A stretch of DNA of 64,000 nucleotides from Candidatus Latescibacterota bacterium (lineage in GTDB: Bacteria > Latescibacterota > UBA2968): positions 1,344,001 through 1,408,000 of the forward strand of contig OZ242010.1 in the NCBI GenBank assembly GCA_965204745.1, given 5' to 3'. The notes under the pieces were generated by a model. That model ran no database searches. It was given only the letters and a program-made list of their open reading frames with translations, and had not been told where the DNA came from. Each line of letters begins with the position of its first letter. Position 1 is the first letter of the stretch. This document shows positions 48,735-59,088 of the stretch, in pieces. Made by a program: the position numbers and the translations under genes.

Positions 48735-51700
48735 ATGAATAACAACATCAGAGAACAAATCGGGCATGCCTTGGGCGCGCTGGCGGATGGGGATTTTGTG
48801 GTGGGGGCGCGAGACATGCTCGCGGTGCTCGGCTATGAAAGCACGCGCACCTTAGACATCTCGGGCAGGGTGAATGATTTTATCTCTCAATTCCCCGCGC
48901 CAAACGAGAACACGCAGACCGAGCAAGTGTTCCGTGAGAACGCCCAATCCGTGCGGATTCTCTTTCAGGTGACGGATACTGAAATCGCGGCGCAGAATAC
49001 GCTGTTTGACACGGACGATTTTGACCGTGGCAATGCGCGGAGTTTTCTCTTTGTCGCTGTGGCGGTGAACGGCGCGTCCTATTCGCGCGGGCAATACGCC
49101 ACATTTACTCGCGAGATCAACAAGCGAATCAACGTGCCGACTGTGGTGCTGTTCAAGACCGCAACCGATCTGTTGACCCTATCCTTTGTTCACCGCCGCG
49201 AACACAAGCGCGATTCCAACCGCGATGTGCTCGGCCATGTGTCGCTGATCCGAGAGATCGATCCCATCACTCCGCATCGCGCTCACTTAGATATTTTGTC
49301 CGATTTGTCGCTACCGCAACGCTTGGCGTGGATGAACGCCTACGACAAGCCGCACAATTTTGACGGCCTGTTGACCGCTTGGCTCAACGCGCTGGATACC
49401 GAGGTGCTGAACAGGCGGTTTTACGGGGATTTGTTCGGCTGGTTTGAACGCGCCATCCGAGAAGCCACATTCCCGTCTTCTCGTCAGAAGCGGACGTTGC
49501 CGCCTGAAGAACATATCATCCGCTTGATCACTCGGTTGATGTTCGTTTGGTTCATCAAAGAGAAAAGACTGATCGCAACGGATCTGTTCATCGAGGAGCG
49601 GATCGCCAGTTTGCTGAAGAATTACGACCGCGACGCGGGCGATTCGTATTATCGCGCTGTGTTGCAAAATCTGTTTTTCGCTACGCTCAACACCAAGAAA
49701 AACAGCCGCGGTTTTAGCCAGGGGAGCAACGCCACGCACCGCGATTTCTCCCGCTATCGGTACGAGAATGAAATCGCTACTCCCGACCAGTTGCTCGGCC
49801 TGTTCAAGCAAACGCCGTTCATCAATGGCGGCCTGTTTGATTGCCTCGACAGCGAGGCGGGCACCCGCGCTGGCGGCTATCGCATCGACTGTTTTACCGA
49901 CAACCCTGCCCAACGCCGCGATTATTCTATCCCCAATCGCCTGTTCTTCGACGATGATGGGCTGATTCCCCTGTTCAACCGCTACAAGTTCACGGTGGAG
50001 GAGAACACGCCTGTCGAGCAAGAAGTCGCGCTTGACCCCGAGCTTCTCGGCAAGGTGTTCGAGAATCTCCTCGCCGCGTACAACCCCGAAACCCGCGACA
50101 CCGCACGCAAGCAGACAGGCTCGTACTACACGCCGCGCCCTGTGGTGGATTATATGGTGGATGAGGCATTGGTGGCAACACTGGCTCAAGCGTGTTCGCC
50201 AAGCGATAGCGACACAGATTTTTGGCAAGATCGATTGCGCTATTTGCTGGACTACGAGGATGCGTTCAACGACGCCCATGAACTGTTTGAGGAAGGGGAA
50301 ACCGCGGGCATTGTGCGGGCGATTTCCGAGATTAAAGTGCTCGATCCGGCGGTCGGTTCCGGCGCATTCCCAATGGGCATGTTGCACAAGATGGCTATGG
50401 CCTTGCGTCGTCTTGATCCGGACAACCAACGCTGGGCAACCTTGCAAAAAGAACGCGCTCGCACAAAGGCAGACGCGGCGTTTGATACGAAAAATCAGCG
50501 AGAACGCGATGCCGAGTTGTTGGCGATCAGCGAGACCTTCGAGCGGTATTCGGGCGACTTTGGGCGCAAGTTGTATCTGATTCAGAACAGCATTTTCGGC
50601 GTGGATATTCAGCCTATCGCCACGCAGATCGCCAAGCTGCGATTTTTCATCTCCCTCGCTATCGAGCAAGAGCCAAACGAGGACGCGGACAACTTCGGCA
50701 TCAAACCCTTGCCCAATTTGGAAACGCGCTTTATCGCCGCGGATACGCTGATGCAACTCAAAGCCGCGGATCAACTGGACTTGTTCCGCCAACAGATTGA
50801 TGCCCTGCAAACAAAACTGACGGAAAACCGCGAGCGACATTTTCACGCGACCACGCGCCCGAAAAAACTCGCGTGCAGAGATGCGGACAACCAGTTGCGT
50901 CGCGCATTGGCAGGCGAACTCAACTCTGCCGGCCTTCCCGAAGATGATGCGAAGAAAATCACGCATTGGGATCCCTACGATCAAAACGCCAAAGCCGACT
51001 GGTTCGATCCCGAGTATATGTTCGGCATCGCGGACGGGTTCAACATCGTGATCGGCAATCCGCCGTATGTGCGTCAGGAAAATATCGGCCCGCACAAGTC
51101 CTCCATCCTCGCCCTCTATTCTAATGCCGCGACTGCCCGTTCTGACCTGTACTGCTACTTTTACGCACGCGGCCTGCAACTGTTGCGCGATGGTGGAATG
51201 CATGTTTTCGTCTGTTCTAATAGCTGGCTGGACGTGGGCTACGGGGCGAAACTCCAAGACCTTCTGTTGAAAAACGCCCATATACAAGCCATCTACGAAA
51301 GTGCTGTCGAGCGGCAGTTTTCCACAGCGGACATCAACACCATCATCAGCGTCATTCGCAAGACAACCGCCAATGACGACGATGCCACCCGGTTCGTACA
51401 TCTGCTGGAATCCTTTGAAGCCGCCGTTGCCGAAGGCGGCAAGCGTCGAGAAATCGTCAAAAGCCGGGAGGAACTCATCGCGGCGGCGACCAACCCACAA
51501 AGCAAAAAATTCATCGGCGACAAGTGGGGCGGCAAATACCTGCGTGCGCCGAACATCTATCATGCCATTCTGAACAAGTGCGCCGACAAGTTGGTTCGCT
51601 TGGGCGATATCGCGAAAGTGCGACGCGGGATAACTACCGGGGCTAACGACTTCTTTTACCTGACCCGCGACCGGATTGCCGGGTTTGGCATTGAGCCAGA

Positions 51701-52364
51701 TTTTTGCCATCCGGTGATGACCAGTCCACAAGAATCCCGCCGTATCGCCATCGACCCGGCAGAACTGCCGCGGCGGTTGTTTATGTGCCATGAGAACAAG
51801 GCGACACTGGTTGGCACGGGAGCATTGGCGTATATCGAATGGGGCGAGGCACAGGGGTATCACCAGCGGCGGAGCGTCGCCTCGCGGCGACGGTGGTATG
51901 ACTTGGGCAATAACCTTGATACGAAGCTGGCTTTGGGTTGCCGGGTGGACACGACAAGCCGTACAATGCTAGCAGTCGACGGTCTATGCTTTGACAAGGC
52001 ATTTTACAAGATAGATAGTGGAAAGTTACCGACTGTGCAGATGTGCGCGGTGCTAAACTCGACAATGACCCAACTTATGATTAACATAGAAGGGCGGGCA
52101 AATTTCGGTGGGGGCCTGCTAGAAATTGTGGTTTATGAAACGGCGCACTTGGCTGTTTTGAACCCGTCGCTACTGCCTGCGTTGGATGCGGAGCTATTCG
52201 CCTCCTCAGATTGGGATGTGCTGACGCCATCGCCGGAGCGTCGGCACATTGACGACGCCGTGTTCGATGCGTTGGCGTTGACAGCGGGCGAGCGCGAGGC
52301 GGTATATGCCGGCGTTGCCGAGTTGGTGAACAACCGGAAGCAACGGGCGCGGGTAACTGTCTGA
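48735..52364 (+). CDS. Eco57I/type IIG-like N6-adenine methyltransferase, copy B
   Basis: GSYYTPR, DPAVGSGAF, IGNPPYVRQE, DLYCYF and RGITTGANDFF motifs. Confidence 0.92.
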   Translation: MNNNIREQIGHALGALADGDFVVGARDMLAVLGYESTRTLDISGRVNDFISQFPAPNENTQTEQVFRENAQSVRILFQVTDTEIAAQNTLFDTDDFDRGNARSFLFVAVAVNGASYSRGQYATFTREINKRINVPTVVLFKTATDLLTLSFVHRREHKRDSNRDVLGHVSLIREIDPITPHRAHLDILSDLSLPQRLAWMNAYDKPHNFDGLLTAWLNALDTEVLNRRFYGDLFGWFERAIREATFPSSRQKRTLPPEEHIIRLITRLMFVWFIKEKRLIATDLFIEERIASLLKNYDRDAGDSYYRAVLQNLFFATLNTKKNSRGFSQGSNATHRDFSRYRYENEIATPDQLLGLFKQTPFINGGLFDCLDSEAGTRAGGYRIDCFTDNPAQRRDYSIPNRLFFDDDGLIPLFNRYKFTVEENTPVEQEVALDPELLGKVFENLLAAYNPETRDTARKQTGSYYTPRPVVDYMVDEALVATLAQACSPSDSDTDFWQDRLRYLLDYEDAFNDAHELFEEGETAGIVRAISEIKVLDPAVGSGAFPMGMLHKMAMALRRLDPDNQRWATLQKERARTKADAAFDTKNQRERDAELLAISETFERYSGDFGRKLYLIQNSIFGVDIQPIATQIAKLRFFISLAIEQEPNEDADNFGIKPLPNLETRFIAADTLMQLKAADQLDLFRQQIDALQTKLTENRERHFHATTRPKKLACRDADNQLRRALAGELNSAGLPEDDAKKITHWDPYDQNAKADWFDPEYMFGIADGFNIVIGNPPYVRQENIGPHKSSILALYSNAATARSDLYCYFYARGLQLLRDGGMHVFVCSNSWLDVGYGAKLQDLLLKNAHIQAIYESAVERQFSTADINTIISVIRKTTANDDDATRFVHLLESFEAAVAEGGKRREIVKSREELIAAATNPQSKKFIGDKWGGKYLRAPNIYHAILNKCADKLVRLGDIAKVRRGITTGANDFFYLTRDRIAGFGIEPDFCHPVMTSPQESRRIAIDPAELPRRLFMCHENKATLVGTGALAYIEWGEAQGYHQRRSVASRRRWYDLGNNLDTKLALGCRVDTTSRTMLAVDGLCFDKAFYKIDSGKLPTVQMCAVLNSTMTQLMINIEGRANFGGGLLEIVVYETAHLAVLNPSLLPALDAELFASSDWDVLTPSPERRHIDDAVFDALALTAGEREAVYAGVAELVNNRKQRARVTV

Positions 52365-52549
52365 ATCGCGGATTAAACGGATTACGCGGATGAACGCGGA
52401 TTGGGTTAGCAGGTAGGGCGGAGGGCGCAGATGGCATAGACGCCGCAAGTGGGGCAAAGGGCGCAGGTGGTGCGAAAGACACAGCGGGGGCAGGGGGTAG
52501 CGGGGTAATCCGTGCAATCCCCAAATCCGCGTAATCCGCGATTCAGACA
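52358..52549. repeat. Complete palindromic element (192 bp)
   Basis: Both TIRs present; supplies the MTase stop codon; followed directly by RBS GAGGAGG. Confidence 0.9.
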
Positions 52550-52562
52550 AGAGGAGGACAAC

Positions 52563-54395
52563 ATGAGCGAACCACTTAAAATTTTCATTACCTATGCACA
52601 TAGGAATACATCAGAAAAAGAAGAATTGAAAACACGCCTTACTTTCATGGAGCAACAAGACGAGATAACGATCTGGCACGACAACGAAATTCTTCCGGGC
52701 GACAGATGGCGGGAAGCAATTTCCAATAATCTCGCTGAATCGGACATTTTGCTTTACCTCGTCTCCGCTGATAGCCTTGTCTCCGAGAACTGCAACAAGG
52801 AATTGTCCGAAGCTATAAAAAATACGGACAAAAATATAATCATCCCTATCATACTTGAGGATTGCGATTGGCAACAACATCAACTTAGCAATTTTCAAGC
52901 CCTTCCTGACAGAGGCAAGCCGATTAACGAATGGCAACCTGAGAGCACAGGTTGGCAACGTGTCGTAAAGGGGATCCGAAAAGTTGTAAAAAATATTGTT
53001 GATTCCCGGGGAAAAGTCACCTCCGATCAACAAGATGCAAAAGAACAGTTGGCGGGTTTAGGCCGACAACATCTACTATCCATGGGCAACTTTAGGATGA
53101 TGTTGGGGCAAGTGGAAGTAGCCGTAGAAACCTATTCGTATGCAATCAAACTGCAACCGAATTTTGCTGAAGCCTATAACAACCGCGGCGTTGCTTATAG
53201 CGACAAAGGCAAACTTGACCAAGCGATACAAGACTTCAATGAGGCCATAAAACTGAAACCAGATTATGCCGATGCCTATTACAATCGCGGCATTGCTTAC
53301 GTCAAAAAAGATGACTTAGCCCAGGCGATACAAGACTTCAATGAAGCCATAAAACTGAAACCAGATTTTGCCGATGCCTATAACAACCGCGGCTTTGCTT
53401 ACGCCAAAAAAGGCAACTTTGAACAGGCGATACAAGACTACAATGAGGCGATAGAACTGGAGCCAAACTATGCTGAAGCCTATTTCAATCGGGGCATTGC
53501 TTACAGGATCAAAGGCAACTTTGAACAGGCGATACAAGACTTTAATGAGGCGATAGAACTGGAGCCAGATTTTGCCGATGCCTATAACAATCGCGGCATT
53601 TCTTACAGCAACAAAGGCGAATTTGACCAAGCGATACAAGACTACAACAAAGCCGTAGAACTCAATCCGAATGATGCTGAAGCCTATAACAACCGCGGCG
53701 ATGCTTACAGCAACAAAGGCGAATTTGACCAAGCGATACAAGACTTTAATGAGGCGATAGAACTGGAGTCAGATTTTGCCGAAGCCTATTACAATCGCGG
53801 CATTGCTTACAGCAACAAAGGCGAATTTGACCAAGCGATACAAGACTACAGCAAGGCCATAGAACTGGAGTCAGATTTTGCTGAAGCCTATTACAATCGT
53901 GGCGTTGCTTACGGCAACAAAGGCGAATTTGACCAAGCGATACAAGATTACAACAAAGCCGTGGAACTCCATCCGAATGATGCTGAAGCCTATTACAACC
54001 GCGGCGATGCTTACAGGATCAAAGGCAACTTTGAACAGGCGATACAAGACTACACCAAAGCGATAGAACTCAACCCGAATGATGCCTATGCCTATAACAA
54101 CCGCGGCAATGCTTACAGGATCAAAGGCAAACTTGATCAAGCGATACAAGACTTTAATGAGGCCATAGAATTGAAGCCAGATTTTGCTGGAGCCTATTTC
54201 AATCGGGGCTACACTTGGTTACATTTGGGCGAATGGGAAAAGGCCAGAGCAGACTTGACCACCGCCAAGAATATGGGTATGGACATTGCCGATTTCTTTC
54301 GTGCCGACCACAAGAGCGTTGCGGACTTTGAGCGGAAATACGACCTTGAGTTGCCGGAAGACATCGCGGACATGTTGACGGGGGAAACTGTCTGA
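52563..54395 (+). CDS. TIR domain plus ~11 TPR repeats
   Basis: IFITYAH, W.D..I.PG..W, LLYLVS...S..C.KEL and IIPIIL motifs, then 34-aa AEAY.NRG.AY repeats. Confidence 0.9.
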   Translation: MSEPLKIFITYAHRNTSEKEELKTRLTFMEQQDEITIWHDNEILPGDRWREAISNNLAESDILLYLVSADSLVSENCNKELSEAIKNTDKNIIIPIILEDCDWQQHQLSNFQALPDRGKPINEWQPESTGWQRVVKGIRKVVKNIVDSRGKVTSDQQDAKEQLAGLGRQHLLSMGNFRMMLGQVEVAVETYSYAIKLQPNFAEAYNNRGVAYSDKGKLDQAIQDFNEAIKLKPDYADAYYNRGIAYVKKDDLAQAIQDFNEAIKLKPDFADAYNNRGFAYAKKGNFEQAIQDYNEAIELEPNYAEAYFNRGIAYRIKGNFEQAIQDFNEAIELEPDFADAYNNRGISYSNKGEFDQAIQDYNKAVELNPNDAEAYNNRGDAYSNKGEFDQAIQDFNEAIELESDFAEAYYNRGIAYSNKGEFDQAIQDYSKAIELESDFAEAYYNRGVAYGNKGEFDQAIQDYNKAVELHPNDAEAYYNRGDAYRIKGNFEQAIQDYTKAIELNPNDAYAYNNRGNAYRIKGKLDQAIQDFNEAIELKPDFAGAYFNRGYTWLHLGEWEKARADLTTAKNMGMDIADFFRADHKSVADFERKYDLELPEDIADMLTGETV

Positions 54396-54613
54396 AGCGC
54401 GGATTAAACGGATTACGCGGATGAACGCGGATTGGGTTGGCAGACAGAGCAGAGGGCGCAGATGACACAGACGCCGTAAGTGGGGCAGAGGACGCGGATT
54501 GGGGAAGCGCAGGTAGGGCAAAGGTCGCAGGTGACACGAAAGACACAGCGGGGGCAGGGGGTAGCGGGGTAATCCGCGAAATCCTTAAATCCGCGTAATC
54601 CGCGATTCAGACA
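54389..54613. repeat. Complete palindromic element (225 bp)
   Basis: Both TIRs present (one mismatch); supplies the TIR-TPR stop codon. Confidence 0.9.
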
Positions 54614-54624
54614 AGGAAAATAAA

Positions 54625-54858
54625 ATGCGGAACATCAAAGCCAAATTTTTTGAAGGCGTGCTCATACCGCAGGAGAGGCTCGACCTCAAAGAAGGCGCGG
54701 ATGTGGTTATAGCTATCACAGGCCCGCCGCCGGATCGCACCCTTGAGACGCTGCGAGCAACAGCGGGGGCGTGGAAGGGAACACATGATCCAGAAGCATT
54801 GAAACAGGCCATCTACACTGGCCGGCGCACCCTCTCTCGGCCTCAACCAAAGTTGTAA
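54625..54858 (+). CDS. DUF104/AF2212-like antitoxin, copy B
   Basis: Near-identical to 9325-9555. Confidence 0.75.
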   Translation: MRNIKAKFFEGVLIPQERLDLKEGADVVIAITGPPPDRTLETLRATAGAWKGTHDPEALKQAIYTGRRTLSRPQPKL

Positions 54859-54861
54859 TGT

Positions 54862-55247
54862 ATGCAATATCTCGTAGATACAGATTGGGTCATTGACCAC
54901 CTACACGGCCGCGAGCGAGTGGTCAGACAGCTCGAGGAACTCGAACCGGAAGGTATCGGCTTAAGCGTCGTGTCGCTAGCCGAACTTTACGAGGGCGTGT
55001 TCTATTCTACGACGCCTCAAGACAACGAAAAGGCACTTCAGGATTTCCTATACGGCGTTGAGGTCTTGACACTAAATGACGACATCTGCCGGATATTTGC
55101 CCAGGAAAGAGGCAGGTTGAGGACCGCCGGCCTTCTCATCGGCGACTTTGACCTTCTGCTACTGCGATATGCTATGGCCTCACGTTGCTCACCAATAATC
55201 GCCGACACTTTGAACGCTTGGATGGATTGTCCATCATTTCTGTTTAG
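54862..55247 (+). pseudogene. Frameshifted vapC
   Basis: YLVDTD...SLAEL...IGDFDLL; the expected tail ATAICYGLTLLTNNRRHFER...* is in another frame (break at ~55157). Confidence 0.8.
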
Positions 55248-55254
55248 GCAAGGT

Positions 55255-55493
55255 GTGAAGGGTGGTGGGTTTAATCCGCGTAATCCCCAAATCCGTGAAA
55301 ATCCGCGATCCAGACAAGGGGGCAGAGGACGCAGATTGGACAGCGCAGGTGGTGCGAAGGACATAGCGGCGATGTAGGGCGGTGGGCCGGTCTCGCCTCT
55401 TACCTCTTGCCTCTTACTCGGGGATAGGGCTTGCGGTAGGGCGGCGGGGTAATCCGCGTAATCCCCAAATCCGCGTAATCCGCGATCCAGACA
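55255..55493. repeat. Two right-arm remnants of the palindromic element
   Basis: AATCCGCGATCCAGACA ending at 55316 and at 55493. Confidence 0.75.
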
Positions 55494-55508
55494 AATAAGG
55501 ATGATTCA

Positions 55509-58211
55509 ATGACCAAACAAACAGCCGCAAACCGGGCGGAGATGGCCGCGTCTGAGACTTTGAACCGCGAATTGATCGCGGCGAGAAAAACGTGTTTATC
55601 GGGCGCGTGGGCAGGAGAACGCCTGTCGCGGTTGCGCGCGTACCTCGATACCACTTGGGAACGCATTTACGCGGATCACCGCCGCGGGGCATCGGGCGGC
55701 GAGGTGGTTGCCGCGTTGACGCAGCGCGTGGATGTTCTCATCGGCGCGCTCTATGCAGAAGCGGTTGCGGAACACGGCGCGCAAGCCGGGTTTGCGGTTC
55801 TCGCCCAAGGGGGCTATGGCCGGGGCGCGCTCAATCCCTGGTCGGACATCGACCTGTTGTTTCTCTTTCGCAGAAAAGTCAATGAAAAGGACCCCATCAC
55901 GCGGGCCATTCTCCACACCTTGTGGGATTTGCGCTTTGAAGTGGGGTACAGCACGCGCACCCTGTCCGATTGCATCATCGCGGCGCAAGGCGATACGGAC
56001 TCGCTCACCGCCATGCTCGAAACGCGCCATCTCGTGGGCGATGCGGCATTGGAATGCCAACTGCGAGACGCGCTCGCACGTCGATTCTTTGGCAGGCGCG
56101 CGCGCGGTTTTGTCACGCAAAAAATGCGGGAACGGACGCAGCGACACAGCCGATCCAAGTTCTCCACGCAACTCCTCGAACCCAATGTCAAAGAAAGCCC
56201 GGGCGGGTTGCGCGATGTTCACACCGCGGGTTGGTTCTCGATGGCGAGACGCGGCCTTCGCGCGCCCGAGGGGTTGCGCGAAAGCCATGTGCTCACGCGC
56301 AGAAATTATCGCCTGTACATGGATGCGTTTGATTTTCTGCTGCGCGTTCGCAATGAATTGCACTTTCACACGGGCAAATACTTCGACGTGCTCGAGCACG
56401 ACCTCCAACCGGCGATTGCAAAAAACCTGGGGTACGAAGACCGGGGCAATGAATTGGGGGTCGAACACTTTATGCGCTCCTACTACGCGCATGCGCGGGT
56501 TGTGAAACACCTGTGCGACCTGATCTGCGAACGCCTCAAAGGTCAATCCTCCGCAGGTCGGGCCGTGGGCCTGCTCGTGCGTAGGCAACTCGACGACGGC
56601 TCTGTATTGCACCACACGCACATTGCCTTGCCCAAAAAGAGACGCGGTTTTTTCCAGGACGCGCCCCATCGCCTCCTCTCGCTTTTTCTCAATGCACAGC
56701 GGTTTGGCGTTCCCCTCAATGAAGCGGCCAAACAAGCGGTCAAAGACCACCTCGACCTCATCGACGACGCGTTTCGGTCGTCCGAGCGCGCGCGCTGTGT
56801 TTTTCTCGACATCTTGCACGCGCCCGGGGGCATTGGCGCGACTTGGCGCGCCATGCACGAACTCGATATTTTGGGTACTTACGTGCCCGAGTTTGGCAGC
56901 CTGACCTGCCTGGTGCAGTACAACCGCTATCACATCTACACCGCCGACGAACACACCTTGGTCGCGGTGGAGCATCTCGATCACCTCGCGCGGTCGCCGG
57001 CTTTGCCCGACAGCGTGCAGCATCTCAGGCGCGTGTACAATGAAATTTCGAGAAAGGAACTCCTCTATCTCGCGATGTTGATGCACGATGTGGGGAAATC
57101 CGTGCGCGGCGAGGATCACAGCGTTGTGGGGGCAGAGATGACCCGGCGTTTTCTCGACCGCCTGCGCTTGCCGGATGAGCATGTCAAAACCGTCGTTTTT
57201 CTCGTGCGCGAGCACCTCACGATGGCGAGCATTTCGCAGCGGCGCGACTTGGCTGACCAGCGCATGATCCGCGAATTTGCCAGCAGATTTTCCCATCCCG
57301 ACGTGTTGCGGATGCTCTACGTGCTGACCTACGCGGACTTGTCTGCGGCCACGCACACCGCTTGGACCTCGTGGAAGAGCCACCTCTTGCGCGAACTGTA
57401 CGAAAAGACCTTTGCGACCCTCACGCAGAGCGCGTCTGCGGACTTGGAGCGGCCGGAAGAACGAGAGATTTGGGAAATCCTCACCGCACTGGAAACGCGC
57501 ATCCCCCGCCAGACCTTGGTCGAGCACCTCAACAACATGCCGCCGCGCTACCCCGAGCAAAATGGCCCGGAGGAAATCGCACGGCACTTGCACCTCATCA
57601 ACGCGATGGGGGCGTCGCTAGTCGCGGTCAGCGTCCAACCGAGCGGAACATTTTCGGAAATCGCGGTTTGCACGCGCGACCACCCCTTTCGCCTGTCCGA
57701 GATTTGCGGGGTGTTGGCAACGCGGGACATCGACATTTTTAACGCGCACGCGTACACGCGCAGAGATGGCACGGTGATCGACATTTTCCAAGTCACCCGG
57801 AGGGACGATTCAGAGGATCACCTCGCACTCCAAGCGCGCATTCAGCAAACCCTCACGGATGTTTTTCAACAAAAAGTGCGCGTATCCGATTTGTTCGACC
57901 ACCACACCCGGCGGTGGGCACTGCGGCGGCGGCCCGCCATTCCCATCGCCCCGAAGATCGCATTTGAGAATGCCGTGTCGGCGCGTTATACCGTCATCGA
58001 CATCAGCGCGCGAGACGCCACCGGGTTGCTGTACACCATCACGCGGACCTTGTCCGAACTCGGCTTGGATATTTACACGGCGCGCATTGGCACGCAAGGC
58101 GACCGCGCTGTCGATGCTTTTTACGTGCGGAAAAATGGCACTAAGATCACGGACGCCGCGGAGATTGAACACATCACTCGATCTCTGATTCGGGCGATTG
58201 GGAAGTTGTGA
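55509..58211 (+). CDS. glnD: [Protein-PII] uridylyltransferase
   Basis: GGYGRG.L.PWSDIDL, EPNVKESPGGLRD, YH.YT.DEH, HD domain and two ACT domains. Confidence 0.95.
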   Translation: MTKQTAANRAEMAASETLNRELIAARKTCLSGAWAGERLSRLRAYLDTTWERIYADHRRGASGGEVVAALTQRVDVLIGALYAEAVAEHGAQAGFAVLAQGGYGRGALNPWSDIDLLFLFRRKVNEKDPITRAILHTLWDLRFEVGYSTRTLSDCIIAAQGDTDSLTAMLETRHLVGDAALECQLRDALARRFFGRRARGFVTQKMRERTQRHSRSKFSTQLLEPNVKESPGGLRDVHTAGWFSMARRGLRAPEGLRESHVLTRRNYRLYMDAFDFLLRVRNELHFHTGKYFDVLEHDLQPAIAKNLGYEDRGNELGVEHFMRSYYAHARVVKHLCDLICERLKGQSSAGRAVGLLVRRQLDDGSVLHHTHIALPKKRRGFFQDAPHRLLSLFLNAQRFGVPLNEAAKQAVKDHLDLIDDAFRSSERARCVFLDILHAPGGIGATWRAMHELDILGTYVPEFGSLTCLVQYNRYHIYTADEHTLVAVEHLDHLARSPALPDSVQHLRRVYNEISRKELLYLAMLMHDVGKSVRGEDHSVVGAEMTRRFLDRLRLPDEHVKTVVFLVREHLTMASISQRRDLADQRMIREFASRFSHPDVLRMLYVLTYADLSAATHTAWTSWKSHLLRELYEKTFATLTQSASADLERPEEREIWEILTALETRIPRQTLVEHLNNMPPRYPEQNGPEEIARHLHLINAMGASLVAVSVQPSGTFSEIAVCTRDHPFRLSEICGVLATRDIDIFNAHAYTRRDGTVIDIFQVTRRDDSEDHLALQARIQQTLTDVFQQKVRVSDLFDHHTRRWALRRRPAIPIAPKIAFENAVSARYTVIDISARDATGLLYTITRTLSELGLDIYTARIGTQGDRAVDAFYVRKNGTKITDAAEIEHITRSLIRAIGKL

Positions 58212-58287
58212 AAAGAATTGTAGGCTACGCCTACGAGGAAGGGAAAGATCCGGAGGGGGACATCCATCGCTTTGGGCGGACGGGTGG

Positions 58288-58323
58288 GGACTGACCACTG
58301 ACCACTGACTACTGACCACTGAC
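58288..58323. repeat. Heptamer microsatellite (CTGAC[CT]A)n
   Basis: Direct reading. Confidence 0.85.
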
Positions 58324-58329
58324 GCACGG

Positions 58330-59067
58330 TCAAATCGGCCTTCGCGCCAAGCTAAATGTCTGCGCTGTCGGGCCGCCATCTAATTGGGTGGCTAGAAAGA
58401 GCGCGAGAGGGACCACATCTTCTGGGGCCTTGATCACTTCGCTCGGCGCGAAAGGCGGGGGGCCGCCCACCTGCATGCGGTCCTGCGTGAGATGCGTGGC
58501 AACCGGGCCGGGGATGAGTTCGTTGACCGTGATATTGTGTTCCCACACTTCTTCTGCCAAGCACTGGGTCAGCATCCACATGCCGGCCTTGCCGACGTGA
58601 TAGGCCGAGCTGTTCGGCGTGGGACGGTGGCCCATGCCCGAACCCATGTTGATCACGCGGCCCCCGCCCGCGTCGATCATCAGCGGCAACAGGGCACGAG
58701 AGACCAGGTACGCGCTGATGCAATTCACCGTGACATCCGCGATCCAAAGCTCCGGATCGCTGTCGAGAATGCGGGCGCGCTCAATGCCTCCGCCCGCGTT
58801 GTTGACGAGGATATCGAGGCGACCGTATTCCGTGCGGACAGTTTCGGCCAGCGCATCCACGCTTGCGCGATCCGTGACATCGGTTTGCGCGGTCAAGGCG
58901 CGACAGCCAAGGGCGCGAATCTCTGCGGCGACCGCATCGAGTTGTTCGGCCGTCCGTGCGGCGAGCACGAGGTTCGCGCCTTCTCGGGCAAAGGCAATGG
59001 CGATGGCCCGACCAATCCCGCGCCCACTGCCCGTCACCAAAGCGATTTTCCCAGCGAGTTTTGACAT
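58330..59067 (-). CDS. Short-chain dehydrogenase/reductase
   Basis: TGSGRGIG, NNAG and YxxxK (YHVGK) motifs. Confidence 0.92.
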   Translation of the reverse strand: MSKLAGKIALVTGSGRGIGRAIAIAFAREGANLVLAARTAEQLDAVAAEIRALGCRALTAQTDVTDRASVDALAETVRTEYGRLDILVNNAGGGIERARILDSDPELWIADVTVNCISAYLVSRALLPLMIDAGGGRVINMGSGMGHRPTPNSSAYHVGKAGMWMLTQCLAEEVWEHNITVNELIPGPVATHLTQDRMQVGGPPPFAPSEVIKAPEDVVPLALFLATQLDGGPTAQTFSLARRPI

Positions 59068-59088
59068 AAGCGATCTCCTTGTGCTGTT

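Noticed and set aside
49311-51863. 850-aa minus-strand ORF, and similar long antisense ORFs at 225-1898, 45378-47345 and 55596-57593
   Set aside because: They lie exactly opposite well-supported genes and have no recognisable motifs; they are codon-bias shadows.
45108-52364. DISARM or BREX system
   Set aside because: No DrmA/DrmB, PglZ or BrxC-like genes are in the island.
53160-54270. Diversity-generating retroelement in the TPR repeats or MTase pair
   Set aside because: No reverse transcriptase is in the window and I see no adenine-specific template/variable repeat pair.
48350-55493. Canonical integron with attC sites
   Set aside because: The elements lack RYYYAAC/GTTRRRY core boxes, some exceed usual attC length, and no IntI is visible. 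Kept only as an analogy.
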